DNA from: the human T2T-CHM13v2.0 reference genome, Homo sapiens
Assembly: GCF_009914755.1 (NCBI RefSeq)
Contig: NC_060947.1
Length of the DNA: 64,000 nt
Strand: one strand, 5' to 3'
The notes beneath the pieces are model-generated. The model ran no database searches. It was not told where the DNA came from and saw only the letters and a list, made by a program, of their open reading frames with translations. Every line of letters starts with the position of its first letter. Within the stretch, counting starts at the first letter, position 1. Below, piece by piece: positions 1 to 13,405 of this stretch. Made by a program: the position numbers and the translations under genes.

Positions 1-193
1 TACTTTATTATAATACAGTACATAATACACATAACATACAAATTATGTGTTAACTGACTGTTTATCAGTAAGGCTTCCAGTCAACAGTAGGCTATTAGTA
101 GTTATGTTTGCGGGGAATCAAAAGTTATATGCAAATTTTTGACAGCTCGGGGGTTCAGCACCCCTGAACCCTGAGATGTCCAAGAGTCAACTG
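1..193 (+). mobile_element. Tigger2/MER8-type TcMar DNA transposon, 3' end
   Basis: Contains gtaaggcttccagtcaacagtaggctattagtagtt and ends caagagtcaactg followed by TA, matching the recalled Tigger2-family terminus. Confidence 0.75.
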
Positions 194-239
194 TATTTAC
201 ATGTTTTTATTAGTTTTTAACTGTATTACTCTCTAAAAC

Positions 240-1760
240 TGTGTCGTTAGTGTTTACCTGAAGAATGTATTTTTAATACAGTCGTTTTAATTTTTTTCAT
301 AAAATTGGTTGCAATTTTCTTTAAAGTTGCATTTTTGTGGTTGTTGGTTTGAAACTATTGATACATCAAACAGCTATCTCTAGACCATAATATTTTTAAT
401 TGAGAATTTACTCTCATTATAGATTCTGAGTAAATTCTGCTAAATGGGGAATGTTCTCATTTCTATTTTTGTGGATATTCAAATGTATAAGAATTTAAGC
501 CCAAATAATTTTTATAGGTACTGTCATTTTGTTTCCAGGTATCTTTCTTCAACAAGCACTTTTATAAGACAAAACTCAACCAAAAATTGTCTCTCTTTTA
601 GGATTCTTTTGAATGTGTCACCAAATTTAGATGTTGCAAAATTGTAGGCTTTATCAATTTAAATCCATCTAGTGAAAAATATATGAATTTATCCAATTAA
701 TAATGTGAGTGCCATCCCAAGGTTCTTCTCACAAGTCAAGACATCCCATAACACAATAATAGAATGTCAAATTAAACCATGTATATGATCTAAGTTCTTA
801 TCATTTATTTTGTTTGGCTTTTCTCTTGTGCTTGTACCAACATGTTTTAATGACTTCCATCCGCAGACCTTATTTTAATTATTACGTTTGATTAAAATCT
901 TAAATATTTTGGTTTTCCATTTGTTGAATACCTTGATTAAAGATGTTCAATAGATTTGGGGAGAAAAAACGCAACCAAAATTTAGATGATTCTTTGTACA
1001 CACACAAAAATCTTATTCTGTTGGAAGGCTCAAAAGGTCAAACATTTCTACAATCTGATAGATGAGAGTAGCAAAGAAAGAATGCATGCACTGCCATGCT
1101 GACAAATTCTTTTTGCATCCAACATTGTTTTTGTCATAAAAAAATATTGTAGTTTAGTTACTTTGAGTATATATAAAAACATGTTGAAATTTGGCAGCTA
1201 CAGCTTCTGTTTTGATTGACAAAATATTCCTGCTTGTTTGAAAACAATCATGAATAACGTATGCAGCAAACCAATTTCAAAAACATATCTTCTCCACACA
1301 TTTCTTGATGAAATAATGCCATTGTTTGTACCACATCACTGTCCTCCGTGAAATATATGTAATACGTATGTAAAATATGTGTGAAATACATACACATTCA
1401 CATAAAACCAAATAATTTTATCTTCCGTGTTGAACTTTATAACTAAATTTGTAATTGCATTCATGTCAGGTATTTCACTTTTAGCAGAATGAATGTCCAA
1501 AGCTTTGCTTTGATTTCATGAAATGGATGAAAAATAAAATCATGGTTTGTATTTATTGCTTTTCCATTTGAAACATCTGAAATCTTTTGATATAGGTCTG
1601 GCATCACTTAACTGTCTGTGAAATTATCTTCTGCTAATTGACCTAACATATTAACTGCAATGTTATGTGCGCCAGAACATTTAGAATTGAAAATGAGCAA
1701 ATGAAGAGTAGTTATTTGGTCAAAATGAATAGCCTGGCTACACTGAGTACTAGGTCTTGA
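240..1760 (-). mobile_element. Decayed hAT transposase coding remnant (Blackjack-like)
   Basis: Manual - strand translation gives EIG/AAYVIHDCFQTSRNILSIKTEAVAAKF (~1278-1190, CxxH region), QHGSACILSLL (~1100-1070) and LAEF..RVNSQLK/ILWSRD (~445-375, dimerization-like). Many stops and frameshifts. Confidence 0.55.
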
Positions 1761-2845
1761 TACCTTTGGTAGCTGTTCGGGTTACATTGTTATCTTCAAC
1801 TACGGACTTTTAAAAATAACAACTCACTTCTGAAGTAGATGCAGATACTTCTTTAGTAGATTTAGTCGTCTGGTTGATATGATAATCTAATTATAATTTA
1901 CATATGAAGATATAATTATAACCTAATTCTAATTTATAACCTAAATATGATTATTATTTCATTAAACTATTTGATTAAGTAATAATCAAATATGACTATT
2001 ATTACATAATGCCATTGTTTATCCCGCAGAACTAATATAATTGTATTAAAATAACAGAAGTTTTGATGCCATCATAAGATGGAGAAGACATCATAAGCTC
2101 CTAAGAGAGGCAGAAGAGATGTTCAGTTTTCACTCAGCACAAAAGATCTTTTCTTTTTTCTCTCTTCTTTTTTGCCTGGTAACTTCAGGGAACGGGTTTT
2201 GATGCTGTGTCCCTGTGTTCATTATATTTCTCATTCCTTCCCACTGTGCTCCATTTTAACGATGCTCAAGGAGGGTTTCTCACTCCTGAGTACCTGAGGG
2301 CTCTTCTTGTGATGATTACTAAGAAGACTTGCCCTTGGCTGGCTGAAGACCCTGCAGCTGCAGTGTTCCTTTCCCAAGTGGTCGCACTGGGCATGACCCA
2401 CTCATCTTGATCATTTGAATCAAGCCCCGCACCAGCAAAGCCAGTTAGAGAAAGCCAATAGCTATTCCCTTACATTCCTTCTTTCCTTCTCTTCCCTCTT
2501 CCTGACTTCACCCCCTTAATGATATACCACAGTAAGTAAAAAAGCAATAAAAACTTTTTGTCATTGAATTATAAATAGAGAAGTGTTCTTAAATACTTAG
2601 TGGTTTTTTGAACTGAAATTGTTTACAATCAGATTGGTTATTATTTGTTTGTTCCCATTAAGGTTCCACTTCAATTATTTCTCAGCACGTGGGCAGCTGC
2701 TGCATAATATTTTGTAAATGGACTGGCCCAGATCACTGCAATGGGAAAGGCCAGGCATGCCTCCATACTTTCACTGTTTCTATTTTTACAATTGTTTATT
2801 TATGTGTTTCTGTTGCTTCTGTTCTAGAGTGTTCCCATTGTCTAT

Positions 2846-3197
2846 CCTGAGTTAGTGCAATGCTAGTTGCCCTGAAATCTGAGCAGTTTAAACAATTAAA
2901 GTTGATTGCTCTCTAAAATATTGTCCAGTAAGCTGAGGGTTGGGAAGTGGGTCACATCTCTGCTCCACAGAGTATCCCAGGGACCCAGGCTGACTAAGAC
3001 TTTGCCACCTTAGAGTATCGTGTGGGAAATTGTAATGGTCCAGGCCTGAAAGTGGCCCACATCACCTCCACTCACATTCTACTAGCCAGTGTTCTGTCAC
3101 ACCTAACTGTACATAACTGCAAGGGAGGCTGGGAAATGTAGTTCAGTTGTGTGTCCAGGAAACAAGTATGGTTGACAGCCCAATAGTCTCTACCACA
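2846..3197 (-). mobile_element. MaLR LTR, MLT1K/L-like
   Basis: Contains ggaggctgggaaatgtagttcag and ends tctctaccaca, typical of old MLT1 LTRs. Confidence 0.65.
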
Positions 3198-4112
3198 AAC
3201 CAGCCAGACATAGTCACTGTAGTCATTGGAATTAAATACTTAATTACCAGAGAAAACAATAATTTCATCTTAAGAAGTAGTAACATAGCTTGCTAATATT
3301 ATGTTGAGAGACTGAAGAAGTTTGTCTCTGAAAAGAAAGTGTGATTCAAATAGATTATCTTTTCTCTTACTACTTTTGAGGATTTATTTGGCTGGCTCAT
3401 ACATCTTGACTGCACATTTGAAGACAATTGGCAAACTTGTGGACCCACATGTCAGCCTTGCTGAACTTCTAGAGTGAATTTTACACATAAATCACATGGA
3501 GTCAAAAGCTGGTGTTCTTTGGCATTGCATGTCTACAACTTCACAGCAAAATGGAGTTCTCTAACATAATTTTGAAACTGCTTGCTGCTGCAATGATAAT
3601 TTCCCAAAATCTATTTATACCTTGCAAACAGCAATCATAGCTATTCCCTCACCATTTTTACAGAGTTTCCATTCTCATTTTACAGGTGAGGCAGCAAATG
3701 GAGCTCAAAGGTCCTCATTGTTTTGCAGTCCTGAAGTGGCTTCCTTCCCCTATATCTGTAGTTTCATCACCCTTCTTGTTATTGTATTTGTGAACATGTA
3801 TTAATCTGCCTTCTAGGTGGTAGAAAAAAATTAACAGCATCTGTTTTCATAAATCTCTGTTCTAATAAATGATAATAATATTGATGAACATATTTCCAAA
3901 ATTATCTTCATAAAAGCTTTAAATGATGGCAAAGGAAACTCATATCCAAATTCTCCTGTAAAATTAATTTTTAGCCAAGTTTATTTTAATCTATCTGTTA
4001 GACCACTTGCTCCTTCATTGCTTTTTTTTATTTCTCCATTCATTTGTTCAGTCAATCGTTCTCAAATATAATTAATTTCATCCATTTAGTTAACTTTAAA
4101 ATAGCTATATTT

Positions 4113-4367
4113 GGCCAGCGTGGTGGCTCATGCCTGTAATTCCAGCACTTTGGGAGGCTGAGGCGGGTAGACCATTTGAGGTTGAAACCAGCCTGACCAA
4201 CATGGTGAAACATACGAAAATTAGCTGGGCATGGTGGCACATGCCTATAATCCCAGCTACTTGGGAGGCTGAGACATAAGAATCGCTTGAGGGAGGCAGA
4301 GGTTGCAGTGAGCCAAGATCACACCACTGCACTCCCAGCCTGAGTGACAGAGTGAGACTCTGTCTCA

Positions 4368-4416
<49 letters not shown>
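4113..4416 (+). mobile_element. Alu (AluS-like, internal deletions) with 48-nt pure A tail
   Basis: Alu dimer; A run 4369-4416; TSD agctatattt(g) on both sides. Confidence 0.95.
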
Positions 4417-4420
<4 letters not shown>

Positions 4421-4574
4421 TATTTGCTGGACTTATTTGCAGAGGGCACATTTTGAGGAACTTGATTAGGGTTCAAGCTCCATAGTCACAAAATTAAAAT
4501 CGGAGAGCTCTTGCGACTCTTTGAGTAAGTTGTTTTCATAAGTTATACTTGTATGTGCTACAGAGACATTCCAG

Positions 4575-4735
4575 TTCATCCATTTATTTATGTATTTGTT
4601 CTTCATGTACTTACTGAGCACATACCATGTGCTGGGCACTGTCTAGGTACTGAGGATCCCGTGATGGACAAGATACACAAAAAGTCTCTTTCCTCATGGA
4701 ATTTCCATTCCAGTGGAGAAGACAGTAAACAGACA
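4575..4735 (-). mobile_element. L2 3' fragment
   Basis: ttactgagcacataccatgtgctgggcactgtctaggtactgagg is the L2 3' signature. Confidence 0.7.
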
Positions 4736-5089
4736 AATATATACAATGAGATAGACTATATCACCTGCAAAAACCAATTTTGCAACTTTTCCTGTCTCAA
4801 CAGCAACCCCTAAGTAAACCCCCCCACTCTACCACTGCCTTTGTAAATATTTGGCACTTCAGGAAAATTCCTGTTGTTAGTAGACAAAAGTGCTGCAGAA
4901 TAGTAAAAGGTAAGAGACATAAAGCTCATTAACGATTAGAATTGACAAGTGTTGCATTTTGCCATTATTTTGTTTCATTATAGTATTTTAACATTGCATG
5001 GCTTTTCTTCCCCCTGCTCAAAACAAGACTCCAGGGTCCCAGGTTGTTGCCATCCAGTTATTTTCTTCCCACTACATGAACACAAATTT

Positions 5090-5235
5090 CTAGAATTCTA
5101 AAGGCCTTGAGAGATAATCTTCACTGACCACATTATTTTATAAATGAGGAGAGTTAGGTTCAGAGAGATGAAGCAATTGCCTGAGATTAGAGAAGTAGTT
5201 GGAGGAAGAGCTGGGACTGGATTCCAGGTCTAATT
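5090..5235 (-). mobile_element. MIR/MIR3 fragment
   Basis: attttataaatgaggagagttaggttcagagagatgaag resembles the MIR core. Confidence 0.6.
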
Positions 5236-5423
5236 TTACATCCCCAGGAGAGCACAGCAGTGAATAACAATCCATTTATAATACTAAGCAGAAAATACTA
5301 GCAGACTTGGCTACAGAAAGTGGGACTTTGAAGTTGTTAACTAGAAGTTTGAAAAGTCTATTTGCAAGTCTTTCTTTGCTTTCTTTCCTTCCATGCTTCT
5401 TTTGAGGACAGAGTTAGATTTTC

Positions 5424-5722
5424 TTTTCTTTTTCTTTTTTGAGAAAGTGTCTTGCTCTGTTGCCCAGGCTGGAGTGCAGTGGTGCAATCTTGGCTCACTG
5501 CAACCTCCGCCTCCTGGGTTCAAGTGATTCTCGTGCCTCAGCCTCCTGAGTAGTTGGGATTACAGGTGCGCACCACCACACCTCCCTAATTTTTGTATTT
5601 TTAGTAGAGATGGGGTTTCACCATGTTGACCAGGCTGGTCTCCAACTCCTGGCCTCAAATGATCTGCCCGCCTCAGCCTCCCAAAGTACTGGGATTACAG
5701 GCGTGAGCCACTGCACCTGGCC
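5424..5722 (-). mobile_element. AluS
   Basis: Full antisense Alu; TSD gagttagattttc at 5411-5423 and 5725-5737. Confidence 0.95.
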
Positions 5723-6151
5723 TGGAGTTAGATTTTCCTTACAAAGTTGAATAAATTTCTGACATCAGAGCTGAAAACTGGAAAAACAAGAGACCTGAAA
5801 AACAGAAATGCAAATCAGTTTAATCCCCCAAAACACAGGTCAGATGGTATCTTTCTAAACACTGCTTTCATAATGATTAAAACATCCAACAATCTACAAG
5901 TTAGGCAAAAGGAAATAAACAAAAAGAAATCCAGACTTTCCAGCAACATATGGAAAAACTTTACTAAAGATCAAAAAGTGCAAATTAAAATTTTAGGATG
6001 TCCGTTTTTTAAAACTTATATACATACCAGGAGTTTTCCTAAGGATAATCCTCAGGGCTTATGAGGGTTGATAACATAGAGGCACTTTTTCAGAACAATA
6101 TTCCAGGAGCCTTGAAACATTCATGTCTTTTGACTCAGAAATGTACTTCTA

Positions 6152-6462
6152 GGCCGGGCGCGGTGGTTCATGCCTGTAATCCCAGCACTTTGAGAGACTG
6201 AGGTGGGTGGATCACGAGGTCAGGAGTTCAAGACCAGCCTGGCCAAGATGGTGAAACCCCATCTCTACTAAAAATACAAAAAAAAATTAGCCAGGCATGG
6301 TGGCGGGTGCCCGTAATCCCAGATACTCGGGAGGTTGAGACAGAGAATTGCTTGAACCCAGGAGGCGGAGGTTGCAGTGAGCCGAGATCGTGCCACTGCA
6401 CTCCAGCCTGGGCGACAGAACGAGACTCCGTCTCAAAAAAAACAAAAAGAAAGAAAGAAAGA
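6152..6462 (+). mobile_element. AluS (Sg-like) inserted in an old L1ME 3' fragment
   Basis: Full Alu; TSD aaatgtacttcta; flanks resemble L1ME 3' sequence. Confidence 0.93.
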
Positions 6463-6654
6463 AAATGTACTTCTAGGAATTGGTGCTTAAGAGATAATTA
6501 GAAATTCTACCAAAGATGTATAGGCAAGGATACTCATCACTGTGTTGTTCATGATGTAAAAAAAAAGAAAAGAAACAAACTAAATATTTGAGGGGAAAAA
6601 GCCATAAGTAAATAAAGTATGGTATGTCTATCACATGGATTTTTTAAATGACTA

Positions 6655-7235
<581 letters not shown>

Positions 7236-7324
7236 GTCAGATGACTAAAACAGGGCACAATGTTATGAATGCTGATTGATCTCAAATTTTAAGAGGGGGA
7301 AAAACAAGGATATCACTTGGTGAT

Positions 7325-7743
7325 TGTGTTAGTCCATTCTTGCATTGCTGTAAAGAAATACCTGAGACTGGGTAATTTATAAAGAAAAGAGGTTTAATTG
7401 GCTCATGGTTCTGCAGACTTTACAGGAAGCATAGCAGCTTCTGCTTCTGGGGAGGCCTCAGGAAGCTTCCAATAATGGCAGAAGACAAAGTGGGAGCAGG
7501 CGTCTTACATGACAGGAGCTGGAGCAAGAGAGAGAGCAAGGGGGGAGGTGCTACACACTTTTAAACAACCAGATCTTGGAAGAACTCACTATCACGAGAA
7601 CAGCACCAAGGGGGATGGTGCTAAGCCATTCATGAGAAACCCACCCCTTTGATCCAATCACCTCATACTAGGCCCCACCTCCAACACTGGGGATTACAAT
7701 TCAACATAAGATTTGGGCAGGGACACAGATCCAAATCATATCA
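7325..7743 (-). mobile_element. MSTA MaLR solo LTR
   Basis: TG...CA ends, MST-type body and a perfect 5-bp TSD gtgat (7320-7324, 7744-7748). Confidence 0.9.
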
Positions 7744-8463
7744 GTGATAAAATTACAGATGATGTTTATTTTCTTCTTTATACTTTACTTTCCCAAATAT
7801 TCTACCATGAATGTGTGTTATTTATATAGTCAATTTAAAAATTTTTGAAATAATCCTTCAAAAGCTCTCTGCAGCCTCTTGCATCAAATCAAACTCCTCA
7901 TCTCCACCCTCTGGATCACACATCATTTGGCCCTGCCTAAACTAAAACCTTTATTCTTCCCTACTTTTCATCAAGAACTCTCTAATTAGAACAATATCTC
8001 CTGCATCCCTGAACACACACCCTGCTTGTTTGCTCATTTTTTTATTATCTGTGACACAAGAATAATTGTTCACATCACAGGATTGTTGAGAGGATCAAAT
8101 GAGATAAGATACGCAGACCAAGTTTATAACTGCCAAATATACAAATGTTAGTTGTCACTCTCTGTTGCCATGCCCACCTTCTCTCCAGTGGAACTAACCT
8201 ACCCATGATTCAACTCCTAACCCGGAATCAGTTTTTCTGTGAAGCTTGTCCTGACTTCCCCAGGCTGTTTTGGGAAACAATGAGCCCTACAATTTTGCCA
8301 TCCTAATAAAAGAAAGGTTGAAGTTGAAGCACAGTTTCCTTGGAACACTAATTCCATGAGCCATTATATCAGTGAAAGTCATGTCAGGAAACAGTACACT
8401 TAAATTGGGCAATTTGAGGAAAGATGAATAATGGGCTGTTCACAAAGATGTGGCAGAGTATAG

Positions 8464-9577
8464 TGTTGTGGAAATTCAGGAACCCCAAACGGAGGGACCG
8501 GCTGAAGCCATGGCAGAAGAACATAAATTGTGAAGATTTCATGGACATTTATTAGTTCCCCAAATTAATACTTTTATAACTTCTTATGCCTGTCTTTACT
8601 ACAATCTCTGAACATAAATTGTGAAGATTTCATGGACACTTATCACTTCCCCAATCAATACCCTTGTAATTTCCTATGCCTGTCTTTACTTTAATCTCCT
8701 AATCCCATCATCTTCGTAAGCTGAGGAGGATGTATGTCACCTCAAGACCCTGTGATGATTGTGTTAACTGCACAAATTGTTTGTAGAGCATGTGTGTTTG
8801 AATAATATGAAATCTGGGCACCTTGAAAAAAGAACAGGATAACAGCAATGTTCAGGAAACAAGAGAGATAACCTTAAACTCTGACTGCCGGTGAGCTAGG
8901 CGGAACAGAGCCATATTTCTCTTCTTTCAAAGGCAAATGGGAGAAATATCACTGAATTCTTTTTCTCAGCAAGGAACATCCCTGAGAAAGAGAATGCGTT
9001 CCTGAGGGTAGGCCTCTAAAATGGCCGCTTCGGGGGGGCAGCCGTCTTTTATGGTTGAAGCTATAGGGATGAAATAAGCCCCAGTCTCCCGTAACGCTCC
9101 CAGGCTTATTAGGACGAGGAAATTCCCGCCTAATAAATTTTGGTCAGACCGGTTGTCTGCTCTCAAATCCTGTCTCCTGATAAGATGTTATCAATGACAA
9201 TGCATGCCCGAAACTTCATTAGCAATTTTAATTTCGCTCCAGTCCCGTGGTCCTGTGATCTCGCCCTGCCTCCATTTGCCTTGTGATATTCTATTACCTT
9301 GTGAAGCACGTGATCTCTGTGACCCACACCCTATTCATACACTCCCTCCCCTTTTGAAAATCACTAATAAAAACTTGCTGGTTTTACGGCTTGGGGGGCA
9401 TCACAGAACCTGCCGACACGTGACGTCTCCCCTGGACACCCAGCTTTAAAATTTCTCTCTTTTGTACTCTGTCCCTTTGTTTCTCAGACCAGCCGACACT
9501 TAGGGAATATAGAAAAGAACCTACGTGAAATATTGGGGGTGAATTTCGCCCAATACCTGGCTGAATTTCCCCTGACA
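8464..9577 (+). mobile_element. MER11 (HERV-K11/HML-8) solo LTR
   Basis: Begins tgttgtggaaattcaggaaccccaaacggagggaccggctgaagccatggc; AATAAA at ~9366; ends gctgaatttcccctgaca. Confidence 0.9.
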
Positions 9578-9647
9578 TCACAATTTATGTTCTTCTGCCA
9601 TGGCTTCAGCCGGTCCCTCCGTTTGGGATTCCTGACTTCCCGCAACA
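9578..9647 (-). repeat. Inverted copy of the first 70 bp of the MER11 LTR
   Basis: Reverse complement matches 8464-8533 at 66/70 positions. Confidence 0.95.
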
Positions 9648-9927
9648 GCGTAGGGAAACCACAAGAAATAGGTCAGTATCCCAGGTCTAGTAACAGCTGA
9701 AAGTTCTTACCATCCCCAGACCTAAAGGGAAAAGAGGATGGGGTGGTTTACTGAACCCAGAAGCAAGAAGGAAAGAGTCACAGAAAGAAGGCTCCAGAGA
9801 GGAACTGTGACTTCTGTCCACAGATGCAGTGAATTGTAGGTGACCCAGAGGATAAATATCCTAAGTCCTTCCTCCTTCTAATCATAAGATCAGCACCCAC
9901 TGGCCAAACTAACCGGAAGTTAAAGAG

Positions 9928-10340
9928 TGTGTCAGTCACAGTTCTCCAGAGAAACAGAACCAATATTTAGAAAGAGAAAGACAGGGGAAGGTGGGGAGAA
10001 AGAAAGGTTTTAAGGAATTGGCTCATTTGTTTGGGGGATGAGTGGGGGGATAAGGGGACCTGGCAAGTCCAAAATGCGTAGGACAGGCTGGAAACTCAGG
10101 CAGAAGCTAATGTTGCCTTCTTGAGCTAGAATTTCTACAGGAAACCTCGGTTTTTGCTCTTAAGGCCTTCAAACAATTAGGATACGGCCCACCCAAATTA
10201 TGGAGGGTAATTTGCTTTACTTAAAGTGTACTGATTAGACACATCTACAAAACACCTTCACAGTAGTATCTGGATTAGTGTTTGATTGAATAACTGGGCA
10301 ATAGAGCCTAGGCAAGTTGACACATAAAAGTAACCACGAT
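9928..10340 (-). mobile_element. MLT2 (C/D-like) ERVL LTR
   Basis: gttctccagagaaacagaacc ... caagttgacacataaaagtaacc are MLT2 hallmarks. Confidence 0.8.
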
Positions 10341-12604
10341 GGAGATCAAAGGGGATCTGTTGATGCAGACCATCCATGTCTGCCTCCCTCACAAGGCACA
10401 TAGCAGAATAGAGGAGGGTTGTGGGTGGAGAAGGAGAAGACAAGAGCTATCCAGTACAGTTTTAACAGCTATCTTGTGAGCAAAAGTGTTCCATGGTGAA
10501 ATAAATTTGGGAAACACTGAGTTAAACATAATTAAACCAAACCAATTGTTTCCCAGGTAAAATGAAGAGGGGAGACATTCTGAACAGGAGAGATGAGATG
10601 CCCAAAGGCTCTTTGTCGAGTTAACTGGTGGGTGTAAATACACACAACGGACAGGAAGTGTAGACGGGCTTATGTAGCTGCAGTAGGATGTCCAATTGAG
10701 GCAGGCAAGGGGGGCATCAAGTAGAGGAGGTTACAGGCTAAGGAGCTTAGAGTATGTGATTAGGAGGTTTAATTTTATTCAAGAGGAAATTGAGAGTTAT
10801 TCTGGGCTTCTTAGAATGGGAGTGGCCTAATCCAATAATAGTTGTAGAAAGGATTCATGCTGCTATGTGTAGAATGCACTGGAATAAAGACAAGAAACAG
10901 AGAAACCAGAAAGAAGGCAGATGATGCACTGTGGATCTAAGATGGCCATTGGTTATTATGGGATTGGGGTGAAAATGAAAAGGAAGCAGGAGAGCCAAGA
11001 AATATTGCAGAGGAAGGAAATGCTTAGTGGCAGGCTGCAAGTAGAAAGTGAAAGAGAGAGATGATTCTAAAGTCGGAAAATAATTACAATGTTATTTCAT
11101 AATTAAGGATCTAGGATACTTATGTAGCCCATCCAACTCCAGTCAGCAACCAGCTCTTTCATCCCAAACAAAAATTAGAGAATGCTTCATGTGAGAGGTT
11201 GAAATGACATAAATCCCATCCATTCCATTGTGCCTCTGGGGAGCCACTTCTTACAATAATATAATAATTGGAGATGAAATTGCAGAGGCTTCTTGAGGCA
11301 AGGGCTCAGAAAAGAAATTTACAATGGGAAATAATCAGTGTCATTGAAGAAAACTGTAGAAGAGTTGTGTTAGTAGATGCAATAAAAGAGTGTCTTTCAT
11401 TACTACAATCAGTGAGGAGCTACACACTGCAATAAGCAAAGAATCAGGCATCATGGAAGAAGTACAATGTTCCTTTTCTCCACAAAGTGTTCATCTCTCA
11501 TCTTGTCAACTAAGCCTTTCATGAGAGCACATATAGCTGTGTCCTGTTCTCCAGCACAGCCTCCAACAGGGACAGGTAAAACCTCCTTCCCTCCAACCAC
11601 CCAACCTGCCACAGTGTATACAGCAGATCTTCTAACACATACCACGGCCCAAAGGAATGGACACTGGCCTTGGAGTGGGATGATACAGGCTCTGACCCTG
11701 CCACTTGACTCTAGCAAACCATTTCACCTTTCTGAATCTGCTTCCTTACCTGTAGAATGCAGACAACTTACCTTAGGGTAAATGCAACATGATTAAATGA
11801 AATATTGTAAATAAAAACATTTTGTGGACTAGAAACCATAATCCAATCTCTGGTAATATTACTCATGGGGGAAGTCACTTTGTCAACATTTGTCAGCCCC
11901 ACCTTGAGTACAAAGGGCCATATGGAACCCTAAATTTAGGCTGGGCTGAGAGTCATGGCAAGGAAACCTCTAGCCAACCCCATTCCTGAACCACAAACAT
12001 GGGAATCTCTAGGGTCCCCAATGAGTCAGAGAAAAAAGCACCTAAAGCCCGAACTTGGCCTCCTCCTTCATCACCATCTGGTTGCCACAGAAACCCTAGT
12101 CATACTGTCAAGGGTTTATGCGACCTGCCATTTTGACTGTAATAGAGAGAGCAAATGTGGCTTTAATATAGTTAGCTTTCCATTAATTGCTTTAATAGAA
12201 AAATGCTTCCACCATTTAATGAAGAAGAATGCAAACAGCAGTAAATTTCCCAAAAGGTCAGAGAATGAGAACATATGAGTAATTTCTCCGCTCCCAGAAT
12301 AGCTTGGTTTTGCTTGATAAAATATCATCTCTCCTGAGTAAGAAGTTACTGTTTTCCCGTAAGATGTGGCAGAAAATTGGAAAACGCCGACTGCAATGGC
12401 AGTTCCCTTTACAGAGGGCCTGAGATTAATAAAGAATCATTAGCTGTGGCCTCCTGCCACATCAATCATTAAAGATCAACAGGGATCCAAGACTCAGAAA
12501 TTACTAATACTATCAAGGAAGTCTGGTCAGCGAACCATGTTAACAACTCCAAGGATTCTGTGAAACTGAGAGTGTATACTTCAAAGCCCATGGATGTGAC
12601 AATG

Positions 12605-12790
12605 ACACAATAATAGCTCACATTTATTGAGCATTTACAATACAGGCTAGACACCATGCTAAGCTCCTTTCCTGCATCAGTTCATTGAATCACCACACAA
12701 AATCTCATAAAGTTATTATTCCCCCATTCTACAAAAGAGGAATCAGAGGTTTAAGGAGTTAAATAGCCCAATCCCACAAAGAGAAGAAGG
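12605..12790 (-). mobile_element. MIR
   Basis: taatagctcacatttattgagc ... cccattctacaaaagaggaatcagagg. Confidence 0.7.
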
Positions 12791-12954
12791 ACCAAAATCA
12801 GCATACTGGTGTGTATAGGAGCAATAAGAATTCCAAGCCTCAGCAGCCTGTGGACATAAATTCAAGGTCATTATCATCAGCATCTCAAACTTCTTGCATT
12901 TAACTCTTCCTGCTCACACAGGCCTTCCAAAAAATTCTCCTACTCCCAAATATA

Positions 12955-13405
<451 letters not shown>

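Larger units (their letters stand above)
8370..10450. mobile_element. Old ERVL LTR (LTR41-like), interrupted by MER11 and MLT2
   Basis: gggcaatttgagg...cacaaagatgtggcagag|tagggaaaccacaag reads through the MER11 insertion and resumes after MLT2 at ~10341. Confidence 0.5.

Noticed and set aside
5424-6462. Nearby inverted Alu pairs (also 38441/39237)
   Set aside because: Common in primate DNA, and only relevant if transcribed.
8519-8700. ~90-bp direct repeat beginning gaacataaattgtgaagatttcatggaca
   Set aside because: Normal internal repeat of MER11 U3; not CRISPR-like and has no unique spacers.
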